This document shows, one piece after another, positions 1-8,620 of a DNA stretch of 64,000 bases. The stretch covers positions 640,001-704,000 of the forward strand of contig CAWBNQ010000003.1 of assembly GCA_963790205.1 (NCBI GenBank). The letters are read 5' to 3'. Source of the stretch: Nitrospirota bacterium. GTDB lineage: Bacteria > Nitrospirota > UBA9217. The position numbers and the translations under genes are program-made. Each line of letters starts with the position of its first letter. The stretch's first letter is position 1. The notes under the pieces are model-generated. The model was not told the DNA's origin. It did not search any database and worked only from the letters and a program-made list of their open reading frames with translations.

Positions 1-37
1 GGTCCGAACACTATTCTGAACAGTTAGAGGTGCAGCC

Positions 38-1957
38 ATGAAGCAGGCGGTCATGAAACTGGTCTGGCTCCTGATATCGCTGGTTGCCGCACTATCGATC
101 GCCATCGTCACCGGAATATTCAATCCCGGCGAGAAGGTGAACGCGCTCTGGCTCATAACGGCGGCCGCGTGTTTCTATGTGATCACGTATCGCTTCTACG
201 CATCGTTTCTCGCGGCAAAGGTCCTGTCGCTCGATCCGGGTCTCTCGACGCCCGCCCACAATCTCAAGGACGGGGTGGACTATCACCCGACGAACCGCTG
301 GGTGCTCTTCGGCCACCACTTCGCCGCCATCGCCGGCGCCGGCCCGCTTATCGGGCCGATGCTTGCGGCCCAGTTCGGCTATCTGCCGGGCTTTCTCTGG
401 ATCCTGATCGGCGCGGCGCTCGGCGGGGCCGTGCACGACATGGTGATCCTCGCCGCATCGGTCAGGAGGCAGGGGCGCTCGCTGGCCCGGATCGCACAGG
501 ACGAGATCGGCCCCGTGGGCGGCCTGGCGGCCTCGTTCGCCATCCTCTTCATCATCATCGTAGCGCTCGCCGGGCTCGGCCTCGCCGTGGTGAACGCGCT
601 TACCAAAAGCCCGTGGGGCACGTTCACCATCGCGGTCACGATTCCGATCGCGCTCTTTATGGGGCTCTACCTGTACCGCATCAGGCCGGGCAGGGTGGGC
701 GAGGTGAGCGCCATCGGGTTCGTCCTGCTCTTGGCCGCGGTCGTCATCGGCCGCTTCATTCCCGGCTCGTTCCTCGAACCGCTCTTCAGCCTTACGAAAA
801 ACCAGCTCGTGGTGTCCATCGCGGTGTACGGTTTCATCGCCTCGGTGCTGCCGGTCTGGATGCTGCTCTGTCCGCGCGACTACCTGTCCACCTATATGAA
901 GATCGGCACGGTCATGCTCCTCGCCGTCGGGGTGGTCTTCATCGCCCCGGTCCTCCAGATGCCGGCGGTCACGCGGTTCGTTCACGGCGGAGGGCCGGTC
1001 ATCCCCGGCAGGCTCTTCCCCTTCATGTTCATCACGATCGCCTGCGGCGCCATATCCGGCTTCCACGCCCTGATCTCCTCCGGCACCACGCCGAAGATGA
1101 TCATGTCCGAACGCGACATCCGCGTCATCGGCTTCGGCGCCATGCTGACGGAAGGCTTCGTGGCCATGATGGCGCTCATCGCGGCAACGGTGCTCATCCC
1201 GGGAGACTATTTCGCGATCAACAGCACGCTGTCGTCCGATGCGCTTGCCGCTCTCGGTTTTCCCGCAGGCAGGGTCGCGGAGCTCTCCGCCATGGTCGGG
1301 ACCAATGTCGCGGGCAGGCCCGGCGGCGCGGTCTCGCTCGCCGTGGGCATGGCCTCGATCCTCTCCGGCATCCCGGGCATGAAGGAGCTCATGGCGTACT
1401 GGTACAACTTCGCGCTCATGTTCGAGGCGCTCTTTATCCTCACGACGGTCGACACCGGCACGCGCGTTGCGCGCTTCCTCCTGCAGGAACTCGGGAGCCG
1501 CGTGTATGCGCCCCTCGGCCGCCAGCGGTGGATGCCGGGCATCATCGCGACGAGCCTTCTCGTCGTGGCTGCCTGGGCGTATCTCATCCACTCGGGGAGC
1601 ATTTCCACGATCTGGCCCATGTTCGGCGTGTCGAACCAGCTCCTCTCCGCCATCGCCTTCGGCGTGGGCACGACGGTCATCATCAAGTCCGGCAAGGCGA
1701 AATACGCCTGGACCACCTTTATCCCCATGGTCTTCATGTTCGCCACCACGCTCACGGCCTCCTGGGAACTCATCGGGATGTTCAGGGACAAGACGGCGAA
1801 GGCCGCGAACGCCGCCGAAGCGTTCAGCTTCACGGCCGATGCGTTCCTCGTGTTCCTGATGGCGGCCCTCGCCGTCATTTCACTCGCAGACATGCTCCAT
1901 ACGTGGTACGGATATCTCTCATCGACCCGGAAAGCGTCCGCGGGCCGGGCCCTCTGA
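38..1957 (+). CDS. cstA: Carbon starvation protein A family peptide/pyruvate transporter
   Basis: 639 aa polytopic membrane protein with LFGHHFAAIAGAGPLIGP, ITIACGAISGFH and IWPMFGVSNQLL motifs. Confidence 0.95.
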   Translation: MKQAVMKLVWLLISLVAALSIAIVTGIFNPGEKVNALWLITAAACFYVITYRFYASFLAAKVLSLDPGLSTPAHNLKDGVDYHPTNRWVLFGHHFAAIAGAGPLIGPMLAAQFGYLPGFLWILIGAALGGAVHDMVILAASVRRQGRSLARIAQDEIGPVGGLAASFAILFIIIVALAGLGLAVVNALTKSPWGTFTIAVTIPIALFMGLYLYRIRPGRVGEVSAIGFVLLLAAVVIGRFIPGSFLEPLFSLTKNQLVVSIAVYGFIASVLPVWMLLCPRDYLSTYMKIGTVMLLAVGVVFIAPVLQMPAVTRFVHGGGPVIPGRLFPFMFITIACGAISGFHALISSGTTPKMIMSERDIRVIGFGAMLTEGFVAMMALIAATVLIPGDYFAINSTLSSDALAALGFPAGRVAELSAMVGTNVAGRPGGAVSLAVGMASILSGIPGMKELMAYWYNFALMFEALFILTTVDTGTRVARFLLQELGSRVYAPLGRQRWMPGIIATSLLVVAAWAYLIHSGSISTIWPMFGVSNQLLSAIAFGVGTTVIIKSGKAKYAWTTFIPMVFMFATTLTASWELIGMFRDKTAKAANAAEAFSFTADAFLVFLMAALAVISLADMLHTWYGYLSSTRKASAGRAL

Positions 1958-2307
1958 CGGACGTGCCGGGCAATTTTTGTTTTTTCTTGATTTCATCGCG
2001 CCAGTATGTTATAGAATGATCAGGAGCGCTCATGGGTGAGCGCAGCAGGTGGAAGCATGAAGCCGGCAACGGAAAAAAAGAGGAAACAGCGGCCATCCGC
2101 CGCGATGACGCTGAAGCCCCCCTGCGGCACGCTGTCGTATCTCGCCGAATGCCGCGGCGCCCCGCAGAAAGCCGAAACGTTCCGGGGACAGGGGCCGGCG
2201 GTGGACTTCATGAACAGGACCGTGAGAAAATATGCCGCCGAGAGATGAAGCTGACGGTTTTTTTGTCCTCCGGCCCTCCCGCCGCATGAAGAGGGAAGGA
2301 GCGCGTC

Positions 2308-2496
2308 GTGTGTGATCTCAAGGCCTATGTAAGAAAAAACGAAAAGGAAGAACTGTTTCTCGAATCAGTCAATCTGGTGCGCGCCGAGGGTGAAGAAGTG
2401 ATCGTGAGGAACCTTTTCGGAGAGGAAAAACGCGTTCGCGGCGCGCTGAAAGAGGTCTCGCTCGCGAGGAACCGTATCCTCGTGGAGCAGGCCTGA
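2308..2496 (+). CDS. cooT: CooT family nickel-binding protein
   Basis: 62 aa, MC N-terminus and RNLFGEEK motif typical of CooT-like proteins; GAGGGAAGGAG RBS before GTG. Confidence 0.75.
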   Translation: MCDLKAYVRKNEKEELFLESVNLVRAEGEEVIVRNLFGEEKRVRGALKEVSLARNRILVEQA

Positions 2497-2512
2497 GGGG
2501 TCTGTACCTGAT

Positions 2513-2839
2513 ATGCATATCGTATCCGTGGCATCCATTGTTTTTGTCCTGAATCTTCCCTTCGGCTACTGGCGGTCCAATGTGAGGAAGTTCTCGCGCC
2601 CCTGGTTCCTCTCGGTGCACGCGCCCGTGCCCGTGGTGATAGCCCTGCGCGTGCTTTCCGGCCTGGGCTGGCAATTGATCACCTTCCCGATCATGCTCGG
2701 GGCATTTTTCGGCGGGCAATTCGCCGGCGGCGGGCTCCATCGTTTGCTCAGCAACCGGCCCGGGTCTCCGGTCAGTTCCTGTCTGGTCCGGGACCTTATG
2801 GGCAGTAAGCCAAAAGGCCCGGGAGCCGGTCCGGAGTAA
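2513..2839 (+). CDS. Small conserved membrane protein
   Basis: Hydrophobic 108 aa with NLPFGYWR..RKFS..WFLSVHAPVP pattern; follows cooT. Confidence 0.7.
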   Translation: MHIVSVASIVFVLNLPFGYWRSNVRKFSRPWFLSVHAPVPVVIALRVLSGLGWQLITFPIMLGAFFGGQFAGGGLHRLLSNRPGSPVSSCLVRDLMGSKPKGPGAGPE

Positions 2840-2973
2840 ACGGGAGGACGGATTCCGCTGTCTATTATTTTCTTACCTTCGAAACCCTCATCTCATTCTT
2901 GCGCTTGATCCTGTTTTTCGATGCTCGTTGACAACCAGTGCGGATACGTAGATCAGCCGGATCCGGGAGCAGG

Positions 2974-3096
2974 ATGGCGAAGCTGCAAAAGCAGGCAACC
3001 ATGGCCGCCATGCGGAGCGGCAGGTCCTGCGGGGCCTGCCACAACGGGCAAAAGGCTTTCTCTGGAGAAGCGAACTATAACCGGTGCCATGGATAA
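2974..3096 (+). pseudogene. Remnant or mini-ORF resembling the C-terminus of a c7-type cytochrome domain
   Basis: Manual translation MAKLQKQATMAAMRSGRSCGACHNGQKAFSGEANYNRCHG*: one CxxCH and one degenerate YxxCH. Confidence 0.55.
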
Positions 3097-3256
3097 AAGA
3101 CCGGGTAGTACGGCTTGGACGGCTCTCAGTTAATCGGGAGACGGCCTGTGCGCGACATTCAACCGCACAAGGGGCCCACGAACGCGGAAAAGCCGCGATC
3201 GGGACGGTCAATCTTGACGGCACAAAAAGACATTGGCAGGGTGACGGCCTCGTCTT

Positions 3257-3640
3257 ATGCAGGACCATGAAATGAAAGCCATGCTCATCGAGTACATGGG
3301 CAAGGGTTTCCTCGACAACATTATTGCGCTGTTCAGGCAGGACCGCTCGCTTTTCCGGTTCGTCGCCGATATGCTTGTTGACGAGAATCTGCGGGTAAGG
3401 CTCGGGACCGTCGCCCTGGTCGAAGAGCTGGCCGCGGAACGCGGAAGCGGGCTCCGGGCGGCAGTGCCGGGGCTCATAGAACTTTTAAAACACGACAATC
3501 CTACCATCCGGGGAGACGCGGCCTCGGTGCTCGGGACCATCAAAGACCGGTCCGTGCGCGCGGCGCTCGAGGCCTGTTTGCAGGACAGCCATCCCGGCGT
3601 GCGCGAAGCGGCGCGCGATGCGCTCGCGGACATTGGCTGA
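3257..3640 (+). CDS. HEAT-repeat protein
   Basis: LLKHDNPTIRGDAASVLG and LQDSHPGVREAARDAL repeats. Confidence 0.85.
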   Translation: MQDHEMKAMLIEYMGKGFLDNIIALFRQDRSLFRFVADMLVDENLRVRLGTVALVEELAAERGSGLRAAVPGLIELLKHDNPTIRGDAASVLGTIKDRSVRAALEACLQDSHPGVREAARDALADIG

Positions 3641-3668
3641 AGGGAGAGAGCGAAGGCTGTGCGTTACG

Positions 3669-3863
3669 TTAAGGCGCCCTCATGTTCCTCACTTTGTCGG
3701 CAACGAGGACGCCGAAGAGAAAAAGCGTGCCGGTAATGCCGATGAGGGTCAGGAGAAAATAAAACGCTTTCTTCGGCCGTGAATAATTTGTTTTTCTGAT
3801 CGAGCGAAAATAGACCAGGAAGCTGAAGCCCAGCCCGAAGAGGAAACCGACCTGTTCTATCAT
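3669..3863 (-). CDS. Small two-TM hypothetical protein
   Basis: Two hydrophobic segments; ATG at 3863 chosen as start. Confidence 0.5.
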   Translation of the reverse strand: MIEQVGFLFGLGFSFLVYFRSIRKTNYSRPKKAFYFLLTLIGITGTLFLFGVLVADKVRNMRAP

Positions 3864-3974
3864 GCGGCCATCATATCCCACCACGTGCCTGCCTGTCAAC
3901 CCGGCAGCGCTGCCGGACGTTATCAGGATTATTTATTTGACACTAGGCCGGTCCTCAATTAATATTCATTTATC

Positions 3975-4286
3975 ATGACGCATGATCGCGATGATGCCGA
4001 TGATGAGGGCTGGGAGTACGGCGATATCTGGAAGCGGGGTTCTCCTGACGAGAAAACTCCCGAGGAAAATATTGACTACGTCGAGATCTTGCGCGGCGAC
4101 ACGGGCCGAGGGTATGACGATTCCGTCATGATCGACCTCTTGGGGTACCTGGGGTCAAGGGGGCTCCGCGCAACTTATGATTCCTTCTCCCTGGGGGCGG
4201 AAGTCGGCGCAATGAAGACGTATGTGCTCAAGGTAGAATCGGGAAAAGAGGATGAGGCGCTCGCGTATTTGAAAGAAAAGAGGTAG
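3975..4286 (+). CDS. Hypothetical acidic protein
   Basis: 103 aa ORF with protein-like composition, co-oriented with osmC-like gene. Confidence 0.65.
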   Translation: MTHDRDDADDEGWEYGDIWKRGSPDEKTPEENIDYVEILRGDTGRGYDDSVMIDLLGYLGSRGLRATYDSFSLGAEVGAMKTYVLKVESGKEDEALAYLKEKR

Positions 4287-4355
4287 GGTAGAATTGGAAC
4301 GGGCAGGTATGATGCCCGCCCCTCCCTTGTAATTTATCTGATAAAGGAGCGGAAC

Positions 4356-4829
4356 ATGGCGGAAGAACAGGAAGTCAAGGCATTAGACGAATCGCTCGAA
4401 GGGTACAAGTCGAAGATCCAGCAGGTGAACAAAGCGACGCTCACCTGGGACAAGGACCTTATCTTCATCGGTCGCACGGCCCGCGGCTACGAGGTAGAGT
4501 ACGACGCGCAGCAGCAGTGGGGCTGCTCGCCGACGGAGACGCTTCTCCTGAGCGTGGCGGGGTGCATGGGGATCGATATGGTATCGTTCCTTAAAAAGAT
4601 GAAATGTGAAATCAAGGCATATAAGATGGACATTGTAGGCGAGAGGAACCCGACGCCACCCCAGTATTACACCGCCATCGAAATGATCATTTCCGTCACG
4701 GGCACGGAGTTAACCGCCAAAAAAATCGAGCGGGCGATCTCGCTTTCTCACGATAAGTATTGTTCCGTATATCACTCGCTCAGAAAAGACATGAAGGTCA
4801 AAGTGGATTATACGTTCGAGAACGTGTAA
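4356..4829 (+). CDS. OsmC/YhfA family protein
   Basis: SPTETLLLSVAGCMGID and KYCSV motifs; AGGAG RBS. Confidence 0.9.
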   Translation: MAEEQEVKALDESLEGYKSKIQQVNKATLTWDKDLIFIGRTARGYEVEYDAQQQWGCSPTETLLLSVAGCMGIDMVSFLKKMKCEIKAYKMDIVGERNPTPPQYYTAIEMIISVTGTELTAKKIERAISLSHDKYCSVYHSLRKDMKVKVDYTFENV

Positions 4830-4907
4830 CGCCTGCGCGTAATGACGGCATAAAAGACTTTTTATGAGACCGTCAAGTTTTCAATTTACAATTTCCACTG
4901 ATCCCGT

Positions 4908-6041
4908 ATGCCTATGGCCACCGTGCGGCTCCTGAGAAACGGCATTGAAGCCTTCCCCGCGATGTTCGAAGCCATTGACCGTGCGCAGTCATCCGTCGCT
5001 GTCGAGATGTATACCGTGGCCGATGACGAGACGGCGCGGGAATTCCGCGCCCGCCTGGTGAAGGCGGCGGGACGGGGAGTGCGCGTTATGGTCCTTGTGG
5101 ACGCCTGGGGTTCGTGGGACCTGCCGGACTCGTTCTGGGATGTACTCCGCATCGCCGGCGGCATGGTACGCTGGTTCCATCCGATTGCCCGGGGACTACT
5201 CCCGTTCCGCAATCACCGGAAGCTGCTGCTCGTTGACGACCGCACTGCCTACATCGGCGGGATGAACATCGCGGACGAATATTACCGCGGAGCGGGCGGG
5301 TTGGCTCCCTGGCGGGACAACGTCCTCGAGATCTCGGGGATGGAGGTCGCAAGGCTCAGGCGGTCATTCAAGAGGATGTGGGCTAGGGCGGATGCGCCGT
5401 TCCGCAGGCTTTTTCTCCGCTTGCGCCGGTTGCGCGTCGCCCGCCGCATTGATCACGACGCCCTGCGGTTCCTTGAAAACGGGCCTGAGGACCCAATGAG
5501 GCCGGTGCGCAGGGCCTACCGGCAGTTGGTCCAAAGCGCGGCGAGGAGCATCGACCTCGCCATGGGCTACTTCTATCCCCATGGAAGGATGATGCGGATC
5601 CTTAAGCGCGCGGTGAAGCGCGGAGTGCGAGTACGTCTCCTGTTCCCGCAGAAAACCGATGTGCCGATAGCGCGTTGGGCGGCACGGGGGCTCTACGGCA
5701 GACTGCTGCGCGCCGGCATCGAGGTCTGGGAATACCTGCCGACGATGATGCACGCCAAGCTCGCGATCGCGGACGATACGGTGATTGCCGGGTCCGCGAA
5801 CCTGGATATCCGGAGCGGCAGCATCAACTATGAGCTGGTGGCGGTCGTGACCGACCCGTTGCTGGCGGCGAGGGCGCGGTCGGATTTCGAGGATGACCTC
5901 AAACAGGCGGTGCGGATACGCTTTGAAGACTGGAGAAAGCGGCCGCTGATCCAGAAACTCAAGGAACGCTTCAGCTACTGCCTGCTCGCACGAGCTGACA
6001 TATTTTTTGCCCGGGCAGGGCTGACCAGAAAAATGCGGTAA
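4908..6041 (+). CDS. cls: Cardiolipin synthase (phospholipase D family, ClsB-like)
   Basis: Two HKD motifs: RNHRKLLLVD..GGMN and MHAKLAIAD..GSANLD. Confidence 0.88.
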   Translation: MPMATVRLLRNGIEAFPAMFEAIDRAQSSVAVEMYTVADDETAREFRARLVKAAGRGVRVMVLVDAWGSWDLPDSFWDVLRIAGGMVRWFHPIARGLLPFRNHRKLLLVDDRTAYIGGMNIADEYYRGAGGLAPWRDNVLEISGMEVARLRRSFKRMWARADAPFRRLFLRLRRLRVARRIDHDALRFLENGPEDPMRPVRRAYRQLVQSAARSIDLAMGYFYPHGRMMRILKRAVKRGVRVRLLFPQKTDVPIARWAARGLYGRLLRAGIEVWEYLPTMMHAKLAIADDTVIAGSANLDIRSGSINYELVAVVTDPLLAARARSDFEDDLKQAVRIRFEDWRKRPLIQKLKERFSYCLLARADIFFARAGLTRKMR

Positions 6042-6234
6042 CCTGCCGCAACGCAGAATGCATTATCCGCCCCGAAGCCTTTTCGTTGTTGCAAACGACC
6101 CTCTGTCGTCGTATACTGTTCAATAGAAAAATAAATCGATTACCTCAACCGTTCAGAAGGACGAATGACGTTCGTGCGCGAGTTTCATGATGTGGTTCTC
6201 TGCGTGGTGTATGGAGGATTAAACGGAGGTTGTT

Positions 6235-6540
6235 ATGATGGATACGGCAAATTGGAAGGTTACCGAGGCCCCGACCTGCCCGCACTGCAACGCGGTCATG
6301 GAGCAGATGGATTCGCGCTACCTGGACTGGGAATCACCCTACCTCTGGGTTTGCTACAATAACGAATGCAAGCTGTTCAAAAAGGGCTGGGAACACATGA
6401 TGGAGACCGTCGGCCAGCTCGTGTCCTACCGGTTCATGATCCATCCCCAGAACGGGGAAAAGGGGGTGATCCCGTCCTTCAGCAAGGATTACCTTGAGAA
6501 GAGCGGGAAGCCGAGGAACCCGAACTACGATGAAGAGTAA
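6235..6540 (+). CDS. Small zinc-ribbon-like protein
   Basis: CPHC...WVCYNNEC; GGAGG RBS; followed by a terminator. Confidence 0.75.
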   Translation: MMDTANWKVTEAPTCPHCNAVMEQMDSRYLDWESPYLWVCYNNECKLFKKGWEHMMETVGQLVSYRFMIHPQNGEKGVIPSFSKDYLEKSGKPRNPNYDEE

Positions 6541-6561
6541 ACCGGGGAGACCTTAATTATT

Positions 6562-6593
6562 CCGGGGATGCGAACACATTCCCGGTTTTTTTT
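6562..6593 (+). terminator. Rho-independent terminator
   Basis: CCGGGGATG/CATTCCCGG stem followed by T8. Confidence 0.7.
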
Positions 6594-6658
6594 GGTAAAA
6601 CAGATGAGTAAAATAGCATTGGGATCCCTGGGGAGTGACGTGCTGCAGGCTCTTGTTT

Positions 6659-7498
6659 TTATGCCAGACTGTCGACTCCCGGCAGGATGTTGAATTTCTT
6701 TATTTCTTCGAGTGAGAAGATCGGCCCTTCTTCGCAGATGAGTTTCCCGCCGCAGTAACAGTGCCCGCATTTTCCCACGCCGCATTTCATATGTGCCTCA
6801 AGGGTCGTTATGATCCGGTCATCGGGCATGCCCATGAGCGACAGGTCGCGCATGGCGGCCTGGATCATGACGTGCGGCCCGCAGAGGTAAGCGGTGCAGT
6901 TCTTGAAGTCAACGCGCGCTTTCCCGAGGTGCTCGGTGACGAGCCCGGTGCAGCCCTTCCACGCCTCGATGTCACACCGGTCCACCGTCATGACCACGTT
7001 CACGCCCTGGTCCATCCATGAAGCGACCTCATCCATGAACAGGACTTCCGACGGGTTCCGGGACCCGTAGACCACGGCCACGGTCCCGTTCCCGCCGGAC
7101 CGGGTCCGGGCATCCACGAGCTGGTGGATCAGCGGCCTCAGGGGCACGATGCCGATGCCGCCGCAGATGAAGAGGATGTCCCGGTGCCCGTTGACGGGGA
7201 ATGGCCTGCCGTAGGGGCCGCGGACCAGGATGTCGTCGCCGGCCTTCAGCGAGTTCACCGCCGCGGAAACGTGGCCCACGGTCCGTACGCAGATCTCGAG
7301 GTCGCGGCTCACGCCGGGCGTCGACGTTATGGAGATCGGGACCTCGCCGGCCCCGAGCACCGAGACCATGACGAACTGGCCGGCCTGGTACGTGAAGCCT
7401 TCCGGCAGGACGATGGAATACAGTTTTACGTCCTTCGCGAGCTCCCTGACGTCCCGGATGATCGTAGTGATGGGCAGGTATATGTTTTTAGTTGTCAT
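6659..7498 (-). CDS. FAD/NAD(P)-binding electron-transfer subunit (AsrB / sulfhydrogenase gamma / PyrK family)
   Basis: GQFVMVS, RGPYG, GGIGIVPLR and MKCGVGKCGHC..ICEEGPIF [2Fe-2S] motif. Confidence 0.9.
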   Translation of the reverse strand: MTTKNIYLPITTIIRDVRELAKDVKLYSIVLPEGFTYQAGQFVMVSVLGAGEVPISITSTPGVSRDLEICVRTVGHVSAAVNSLKAGDDILVRGPYGRPFPVNGHRDILFICGGIGIVPLRPLIHQLVDARTRSGGNGTVAVVYGSRNPSEVLFMDEVASWMDQGVNVVMTVDRCDIEAWKGCTGLVTEHLGKARVDFKNCTAYLCGPHVMIQAAMRDLSLMGMPDDRIITTLEAHMKCGVGKCGHCYCGGKLICEEGPIFSLEEIKKFNILPGVDSLA

Positions 7499-7521
7499 GA
7501 TCCTTTTTTATCGTTGATACG

Positions 7522-7585
7522 GTAGGGGCGACCCGATGTGGTCGTCGCCCTTTTCTGAAGGCCAGCCACGCGGGGCTGCCCCTAC
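7522..7585. repeat. GTAG-type REP-like palindromic element
   Basis: GTAGGGGCGACCC...GGGGCTGCCCCTAC; supplies the stop codon of the asrA-like gene. Confidence 0.7.
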
Positions 7586-8619
7586 GTTTTCTCTTCTGCC
7601 TGGTCCGAGCCCTTGATCCTGAGCGCCACGGTAGCCATGTCGATCTTGCCGGGGCATGACACGGCGCAGCGTCCGCAGCCTACACACCCGAAAGCGCCGA
7701 ACTGCTCGGGCCAGTGAATGAGTTTGTGATGGAACCAGCGCTTGGTGCGGACCATCTTGTTCTTAGCGGGCACAACGCCGCCGGCCATGCGCGTGAAGCC
7801 CTTGAACATGCAGGTGTCCCAGATACGCATCCGTTTCCCGGAGTCCGGAGAAAGGGGACGGTCGAGGACGTTAAAGCAGGTGCAGACCGGGCAATTATAC
7901 ACGCAGCCGCCGCACTCGAAGCAGCGGTCGGCCACCCATTCCCAGAGAGAGTCCTTTACGGCGCCGGAGAGGATGCGTTTCCGCACCTGTTCAAGGTTGA
8001 CCCGTTTTTCGAAACGGCTCTGCGATGCCAGCCGCGTCTCGTACAGATCTTCGGCGTCGGCAGGTCCGGGCTCCGTGAAAATATGGGAATAATCCCTGAT
8101 CAGGGCAGCGCCGGTTTCCGTCCCCGTTTCGACCAGGAAGCGGTCTCCGAGGTCGGTCAGTTGCAGGTCGAACCCGGTTTTGAGGAACGGGCCCGTGCCC
8201 AGACCGAGGCAGAAGCACGTGGGGTCGGGCTGGTTGCAGGCAAGGGCGATCATGGCCGTGTTTTTGCGCCGTGACTCGTAATAAGCGTCTTTGTTGTTCC
8301 CCAGGTAGAACCGGTCCAGGATCGCGACAGCCGAGAGATCGCAGGGCCTGATGCCGAAGAGAACGCGCGGCTTTTTATTGAATGCTTCTTCGATGCCCTC
8401 TTCGGACCAGCAAAAGAGCTGCTCCATCTGCGGGAGAAGAAATTCCTTGGGCGACGGCATGAGGGCCGGGCCGTCGAGCGCCGTCTCGTGCATGCGCGTG
8501 AGCTCGGTGAGCACGATGTCGCCGCTCACATCGCGCATGGGCGCAATGAGCTCGTGGGACGTTTTCAGCTGCCGGAGCCAGAAAGAGAGGTGGTTCTTAT
8601 TGAGGATGTAAGTGTCCAA
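7582..8619 (-). CDS. 4Fe-4S dicluster protein (AsrA / sulfhydrogenase beta family)
   Basis: GIRPCD, CFECGGCVYNCPVCTCF and CVGCGRCAVSCP motifs. Confidence 0.9.
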   Translation of the reverse strand: MDTYILNKNHLSFWLRQLKTSHELIAPMRDVSGDIVLTELTRMHETALDGPALMPSPKEFLLPQMEQLFCWSEEGIEEAFNKKPRVLFGIRPCDLSAVAILDRFYLGNNKDAYYESRRKNTAMIALACNQPDPTCFCLGLGTGPFLKTGFDLQLTDLGDRFLVETGTETGAALIRDYSHIFTEPGPADAEDLYETRLASQSRFEKRVNLEQVRKRILSGAVKDSLWEWVADRCFECGGCVYNCPVCTCFNVLDRPLSPDSGKRMRIWDTCMFKGFTRMAGGVVPAKNKMVRTKRWFHHKLIHWPEQFGAFGCVGCGRCAVSCPGKIDMATVALRIKGSDQAEEKT

Positions 8620-8620
8620 T

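Noticed and set aside
2032..2289. Short ORFs between cstA and cooT
   Set aside because: Several overlapping candidates with no motif; none can be supported.
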